Shown here: positions 52,270-64,000 of the stretch, one piece after another
Layout: the number at the start of each line of letters is the position of its first letter
Numbering within the stretch: position 1 is the first letter of the stretch
Source: the human T2T-CHM13v2.0 reference genome, Homo sapiens
NCBI RefSeq assembly: GCF_009914755.1
Contig: NC_060927.1
Strand: one strand, 5' to 3'
Length of the DNA stretch: 64,000 nucleotides
Position numbers and translations under genes: made by a program
The notes under the pieces: generated by a model
What the model saw: the letters and a program-made list of their open reading frames with translations, nothing else
Databases searched by the model: none
Told to the model about the DNA's origin: nothing

Positions 52270-53310
52270 ATATGTCATCTGACCTGAAAAGAGATCGGCC
52301 AGAAAAAAGCTGTCACTGGGTGTAACCAGTGAAGAATGGTGTAACCATCTCAGGCTGTGAGAAGCAGCCCAGGACACCGGAGAAGAGGCCTGGGAACTTT
52401 TTGGACTAAAATGCAGCATGAAATCAAAAATAAAATCTGGAGAATTGAGTAAAAAAAGATGTTGCTTTCTCAAGTGAGCAGAGAACTTCAGAAAGATAAC
52501 TCAAGGCTCCCCGGGCCTAGAAGTTCCCTGAGCTGGGACATAGGTAGTGATCCTGGCAGTAACAGTGGAAACCTAATGATGGTCTGAAGTTGGATCCAGC
52601 TGAAAGGAGTAATGAGATGCCTACAATGTAATATCTGAATGGAGCTTGCTACCCTGAGATTTCCTCCTGTAAAGAAGTTTTTGAGCTCTAACCACCAGAT
52701 AAGTATGACACAGAAGACGCCCTGGGGAAGTTCAAGAAGAATGCATGGCTTCAGGGCTGTGATCATCAGGAGAAAACCACTTGGGGGTTTGAGTGTGGGC
52801 TGCACAGATTTACTGGAATTATGAAGCATGCTAGACACACCTCACAGGGCATATTGAATAGTGAACATTCCCATATATGAACGGAGAGCAGAGCCACAGA
52901 ACCTTTGCTTCCAGTTGAACAGCAGCTTAGTAGCATGATTTGGAAATTGGGAAGCAGTGATTCCATTAATTAAGGGTTTTAATAACTTGGTTATTAAAAA
53001 GTTTGCCTGGGTCTAAACTTGGAATAAGATGGAAAGAATTTGTTTTTACCATGTTGGGCCTAAATTAACCTGGCTACACAAAGAGTTGCTTTTTTTAAGA
53101 AAAAAAAAAAGGCAGAAAGAAGAAAGAAGATGTGGTTTAAATTTTATTTTAAGAACAAAATAGCTTATTTTATATATATACACACATACACATATATACA
53201 TATATACACATATATACATATATACACATATATACATATATACATACATTCTCACACATATATGTGTATGTACACATATGTACATGTATGTGTATATATA
53301 TGTATGTATG

Positions 53311-53667
<357 letters not shown>

Positions 53668-56600
53668 TGACCATTAAAACATGACGTATGTACACCTATA
53701 CATGGTGAGCAAGTATATCTGAATTATTGAGATTTTTGTACGAGTGATTATGGTAGAAATAGAGCACAAAACAATGTCTTAAATCCAGAGGTTATTTTTG
53801 AGTTTTTAAACAAATATTTTATTATGTGCAAGTGAATAATATCCACCCAATTTATTGATATGACAGAGGTACTTGGGGAAATATTTGAAACTGTTTTACA
53901 CATATTCAGAACTTGATAAACTGATGATTTAAAGAACCAATTTATCTCCTGTTTTTCAATTACAACACAGCCAGTTAAATGTTCACTCGACTATTCAAAT
54001 TCAACTTACTTCTGTGAAAAGAATAACCCAGTTGCTTTTCTTTCTCCTTTTTCTCTACTGTGCTTTCCAGCATCCTTTCAGCTATACTTTCACATGCCCA
54101 AATATTAGAGAATATTTCAGCTTACTATAAGGAAGATGTTCTATAAGAGCTATTTAGAGAAGGGGAGAGATGCTTGGGGAGGCAGAAAGCACCCTGTTGG
54201 AGAAGGTGTTAAATTAAAGTGGGAGGAGGGATCCTTAACAGAGAACTTAAGCATTAGGTGCCTTTTATAAAATGTATGAACTCAGATGTTGGTCGTAAAT
54301 ATACAACCTTTGGGGCAAGGCGGCAAGGTAAAGTGTTTGAAGAACGGGTTCTGAGGTATCATCCTCTGTGGGAGTTCTTCAGTTACTTGTTCATCATTAG
54401 GAGAAAGGGCTTAGCCTCTGGCTGCCTTCCTTGGTTACATAAGCCTTTCATCCCTGAGGGCCCAACCCTAAGGCACTGGTTGCTTATTTGAATGAAGAGC
54501 ATTTTGAATTCTAGACTTTGAATCTGTTAAAAGCTTATCTGGTTGGCTTGGTATCATTTTCTTCTATGTTGGTAAATTCATGCCAGACACATTTATTTAA
54601 CACAATGACTTTTATGTGAGGCAATAGGACAAAGTCTTCAGCTACCCATCTTGTTCCTACTTCATTAGTTCTCCCTGCCTTGGGAATGAGTAGCCTACCC
54701 TCATCTTTGCCCCTGGCTCCAAACACATCCAGCGCAAACACTGAGAACTGTTCTGTGGGACATACCAAGACAGTGTCTCATGCTCTCTGGAGGTCATCAT
54801 AGAAATCTGATGTAGACTACAAATATGTAGATAATTCTCTTTGTGTTTGTCATCCAGACACCCTGTGAAGGCTGGCAAAAACTGTTCTTATTCTCCAAAT
54901 ATTCACTGGCGTGTATTTGTGTAGTAAAATTATGTTTCGGGTTTGGAAATTTTTTTTTAAAATGAACATCTGTTATTCTCTTTCAGTGGAGAGGTTCTCC
55001 ACACAGCTGAGCAGGGCAACTTGGCTTCGTCCACCATCTATGTAAAGTCACAAATGGAGATTGTCACCCGGCAGCTTTTTGTTGATTGGCTGACCAGCTG
55101 CCGCACATCTCCCACAGCTGGTTTGGCTCTGAAAGGCTCATGGGAGAAGAGACGGTCAGGGTCAGCTTGTTCTGTGCACACAGCTCACGGGAGCTCCAGG
55201 AGCAGGGATAGATGTTTTGATCAGCCATTACTGAATGCTAAAGTCATAGGCCTGAGTGGGTGTGAGGGAGGGAGAGGGGTTTGGTATGTGCATTTTAGGA
55301 TGTTGAATCATAGCAGCTTAGTTTTTAGAGCAATCATTTTTACCTCCTGGTGTCTCTCTTCCCTATTTCTGTGATATTAAATTATAGAGAATGTAACCTG
55401 TGCTAAGGTAAATGTACTAAAAAAAAAACTGCTTTAGTTTTTCCAAAGAAATAAGATCTTTGGGTCCATTTTATAAGTCCCATATTATTTTGAGAAGGAA
55501 GTTTGTGTTCAATATGTCTCAGTACTCCTGAATACAAAAATACTTCAGGTTCCATAGACCACTCCAACTGTGAGCTTCTAGACCCTGGATTTCAAGAGGG
55601 CCAAAATACACGGTTAAAAGCACTCTTTCCAAATTCTTCAGCAAAATTATATTGATAGTCATAACAATACATCCTATATGCAGTTGTAGATTACTCTTCC
55701 TGACTCAAGGCACACTATTTCTGATTCACAGCTCTAGCGAAGTTATTGTCTTCTTCAATTTCCTCCAATGGCTCACAGCTGTCAAAAGTACAGGTCACAC
55801 TCTTTAGCTCAGCATTCAAGGTCCTCTATGTTTTGATCCTCTGATCCCAAACTATTTGTCCAAACTCGTTGCCGACTACTGCCGTTAATGCCTCTTTCAA
55901 TCCAACCAAATGCATTACATACTGTTTTGTTACTGTTGTTGCCCCTCATTCTCCCACTTCTGCACCTTTGCATGTTCTGTTCCCTGATCTCCTCAAGTCC
56001 AAATGCCCTAATTGTCTAGATCCAGTTCAAATGCATCTGCTCCATAAAGTCTTCCCTGAGCCCTCTCCAACTGGACCAATCTCTGTCTCCTCCAAATATC
56101 AAATCCCTTTGCCCAACCCTCTCTCAAAGCACCTATTAGTACTTTCTGTCTGGAGTTATGTAAATAGCTCATAGTGCCAGCTGTCCTACCTTCCTCCAGC
56201 AGGGGCAGGCAGAACCTATGTCTAGTTTACCTTTCTACTTTTCTTAGCGCCTTACGAATAGCGCGTGCTTGATATATTTTTGTTACAAATATAGCAATTA
56301 ATATTTGTAGATAACTTCAGAATTTACAAAGTGGGTTCACATTCATTACTTCACTAAATTTTCAAAAGTGAAAGTAGAAAGAACATGATTTTTAAATTAC
56401 AAATAAGGAGAAGAGAAAGGCAACTAACTTTTAATCAGAATTAACTTTTACTTATTTATCAAACTATTATTTATATCATTATTAATGTCTGCCTCTTCTG
56501 CCATATTGTTAAACTCCATGAAAACAAGAACCATGCCTATTTTTTCACTGTTATATTTCTATTGCTCAGCACATTGCCAAACATGGTGTTAAAAAGACAA

Positions 56601-57335
56601 ACATTGTTGAATGAATAAATGAGTGAATACCATCAGCCAAGCTGTGGGTTCAGTGTACTATATTTACTGTTTTACTCTCACAGCCAATATTATCTTCATT
56701 TAACAGCCAAGGAAATGTAGTCTCCAGGGCACACAATGCTTATGTTTGTAGCTGGAATTGAAACCCTTATAAAACCCTTCAACTGGTATTACTTTATCGA
56801 AACCCTTATTAAACCCTGTTTATATGATTATATTATACGATTATAGATAGCATGTGGTTTTCCATCACACAATCAGCCTCCCATGAGGTAGGTGCCTTTA
56901 AGTTGTTTTTCTTTTGTTGATGTTATTGTTGTTGTTTACCCCAATTGCTTTCTAATTCCATTTTTAAAAAGAATTGTTCAGAATTACTGTAACTTGACTT
57001 AAATATTTATCTTTGTAAGTTACAGACACCAGAGTTAAAAATAGTGGAAAAGGTGTTAGTCACTATTGCCAAGTCCAATAGTATCATTGTGTGAGGGTAG
57101 TTGGGGGTGCATTCTTGGAAGAGAGGGGATAATTTTCTAAAGATTTCTCTACCTCTACTGTATTTCCCTACTTTCCTCTAAAATAACTTTTTTATCTAAG
57201 AGCAAATAATAAATTCTCATCTCAATTTATTTTGTGCTAAGTCATCCAGAGGAATATTCATAGTTACATTTTGGTGATTCTCTTTGAAGAGAGGAAATGA
57301 ATATGTGCTGAGTGACCTCTTTGTCAGGCCAGAAC

Positions 57336-57635
<300 letters not shown>

Positions 57636-57719
57636 CCAATGCCAGAACTTTTAGGTGAATAACCTGATAAAGTAAATATTATTATCACTGATATATTATT
57701 TATTTATTTATATATTTAT

Positions 57720-59888
57720 TTAATTTTTTATAATTTCAACTTTTATTTTAGATTCAGGGAGTACAAATGAAGATTTGTTACATGGGTACATTGCATGATG
57801 CTGAGGTTTGGGGTACCACTGATCCTATCACTCAGCTAGTGAGCATAGTACCTAATAGTTTTTCAAGATTTCTTCCTTTCTCCCTCCCTCTCCACTCTAG
57901 TGTCCCCAGTGTCTATTGTTCCCATCTTTGTGTCCGTGTATACTCAATGCTTAGCTTCCATTTATAAGCGAGAACACGCAGTGCTTGGTCTTCTGTTCCC
58001 GTGTTAATTCACTTAGGATAATAATCTCCAGCTGCATCTATGTTGCTGAAAAGGACAAGATTTTGTTCTTCTTTATGGCTGTGTAGTGTTCCATAGTGTA
58101 TATATACCACATTTTCTTTATCCAACCTACTGTCAGTGGGCACCTAGGTTGAGTCTATGTCTTTGCTATAGCGAATAGTATACAAGTATATGTGTCTTTT
58201 TGGTAGAATGATTTATTTTCCTTTGCGTATTTACCCAGTAATGGGATTGCTTGTTCGAAAGGTAGTTCTGTTTTAAGTTCTTTGAGAAATCTCTAAATGG
58301 CTTTCCACAGTGATTGAACTGATTTACATTCCCACCAACAACATATAATGGTCCCTTTTTCTCCTCAGCCCCACCAGCATCTGCTGTTTTCTGACTTTTT
58401 AATAATCGCCATTCTGACTGATGGGAGATGGTGTCTTATTGCGGTTTTAATTTGCATTTCCTTGATGGTTAATGATGTTGAGAATTTTTTCATATGTGTT
58501 TTGGCTGCTTGTATGTCTTCGTTTGAGAAGCATCCATGTCTTTTGTCTATTTTTTAATGGGATTGTTATTTGCTTGTTTGAATTGTTAAAGTTACTTACA
58601 GATTCTGGACATTAGACCTTTGCCAGATGCATAGTTTGCAAATATTTTCTACCGGTCTGTTTACTCTGTTGATAGTTTCTTTTGCTGTGCAGAAACTCTT
58701 TAGTTTAATTAGGCCTCACTTGTCAATTTTTGGTTTTGTTGCAATTGCTTTTGAGGACTTAGTCATACATCCTTTCCCAAGATCAAAGTCCAGAATGATA
58801 TTTCCTAGGTTTTCTTCTAGTATTCTTAGAGTTTGAGGTGTTACATTTGAGTCTTCACTTGATCTTAAGTTAATTTTGTATATGGTGAAAAGTAGTAATC
58901 CAGTTTCATTCTTCTTTGTATGGCTACCCAGCTATCCCAGTGCCATTTATTGAATAGGGAGTCCTTCCCTCATGGCTTATTTTTGTTGACTTTGTCAAAG
59001 ATCAGATGGCTATAGGAGTGTAGCTTTATTTCTGAATTATCTATTCTGTTCCATAGGTCTATGTGTCTGTTTTTGTACCAGTACCATGATGTTTCGTTTA
59101 CTCTAGCCCTATAGTGTATTTGAAATCAGGTAATATGATACTTCCAGCTTTGTTCTTTTTGCTTAGGACTTCTTTGGCTATTCAGGCTCTTTTTTGGTTC
59201 CATATGAATTTTAGAATAGTTTTTTCTAGTTCTGCGAAAAGTGACAGAGGTAGAAAAAACTAGTTCTGGTAGTTTTTGGTAGTTTGATAGGAATAGCATT
59301 GAATCTGTAGATAGCTTTTGACAGTATGGCCATTTTAATGGTATTGATTCTTCCAATTCATGAACCTGGAACATTTTTTCATTTGTTTGTGTCATCTATG
59401 ATTACTTTGAGCAGTGTTTTGTAGTTCTCCTTTTCGAGATTTTTCACCTCCTTGGTTAGATGTATTCCTAGGTATTTTATTCTTTTTGTGGTTATTCTGA
59501 ATGGGATTCAATTCTTGATTTGGCTCTTTGCTTGAACGTTATTTGTGAATAGAAGCGCTACTGATTTTTATATATTGACTTTTGTATCCTAAAATTTTAC
59601 TGAAGTCATTTGTCAGTTCCAGGAGCATTTTTGGCAGAGTCTTTAGGGTTTTCTAGGTATGGAATCATAGAATCAGTGAAGATAGATAGTTTGACTTCTT
59701 TTCTTATTTGGATGCCTTTTATTTTTCCTCTAGCCTGACTGTTCTGGCTAGGACTTCCAGTCCTATGTTGAATAGGAGTGGGGAGAGTGGGCACCCTTGT
59801 CTTCTACCATTTCTCAAGGGGAATGTTTCCAGCTTTCTGCCCATTCAGTATGATGTTGGCTATGGATTTGTCATAGATAGCTCTTATT
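57720..59888 (-). mobile_element. 5'-truncated older L1 (L1PA15/16- or L1PB-like)
   Basis: 3' end ATTTCAACTTTTATTTTAGATTCAGGG...GCATGATGCTGAGGTTTGGG; decayed ORF2 pieces at 59126..59395 and 59606..59794. Confidence 0.85.
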
Positions 59889-60159
59889 TTTTTTTTTTCC
59901 AAGGGTTTTAAGAGCAATGTGTCAGGAATCAGGAGCAGAGACCAAATATATATTTATCACAAAACCCTTGAATTATTGTATTGAGTACTTAGTGTGGAAT
60001 ACCTGGTCTATATGTCTTTCTCCTTTTTGAAAAGGTCAAAAGGCAATTGTTGAATCCTCAGCACCTGATACTAAGATGGCAGATAGTAGATGTGCACTAA
60101 ATGTTTATTGGATTGATTACCTGCCCCACCTACTTTCTCTTTCTGAAATACCCTTACTT

Positions 60160-64000
<3,841 letters not shown>

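Noticed and set aside
59895-59972. Inverted repeat CAAGGGTTTT...AAAACCCTTG as a MITE or hairpin RNA
   Set aside because: Only 10 bp, no TSD; the interior resembles a MER21-type LTR end fragment.

Overview
Human-type (primate) genomic DNA containing the complete CCDC80 gene (URB/DRO1/SSG1) on the minus strand. Seven coding exons (40945 down to 6456) join through GT-AG introns into 2853 nt, i.e. 950 aa plus stop. The product is a secreted protein with three DUF4174/thioredoxin-like repeats, a Thr/Pro mucin-like linker, a Lys/Glu coiled coil and a Tyr/His tail. A non-coding first exon lies at about 41367-42183. The rest is introns and flanks rich in mobile elements: about 13 Alus, a full-length Tigger1, a MER41A solo LTR, MaLR and LTR16 LTRs, a collapsed MER66-type ERV1 provirus with a gag remnant, MER30, MER81, MER5A, L2, MIR and two L1s. 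I found no new multi-gene system. The most interesting unexplained features are: (1) a 5' leader whose uORFs change with splicing, including a uORF stop overlapping the main ATG and a GTG ORF that an alternative donor would fuse in frame to CCDC80; (2) a 1.1-kb mini-provirus with an intact TSD and an open double zinc-knuckle ORF; (3) a locally templated inverted insertion inside Tigger1; (4) Tigger1-derived poly(A) signals; (5) alternating Alu orientation around exons 4-7. Repeat subfamily names come from my recollection of consensus sequences, not from a search.
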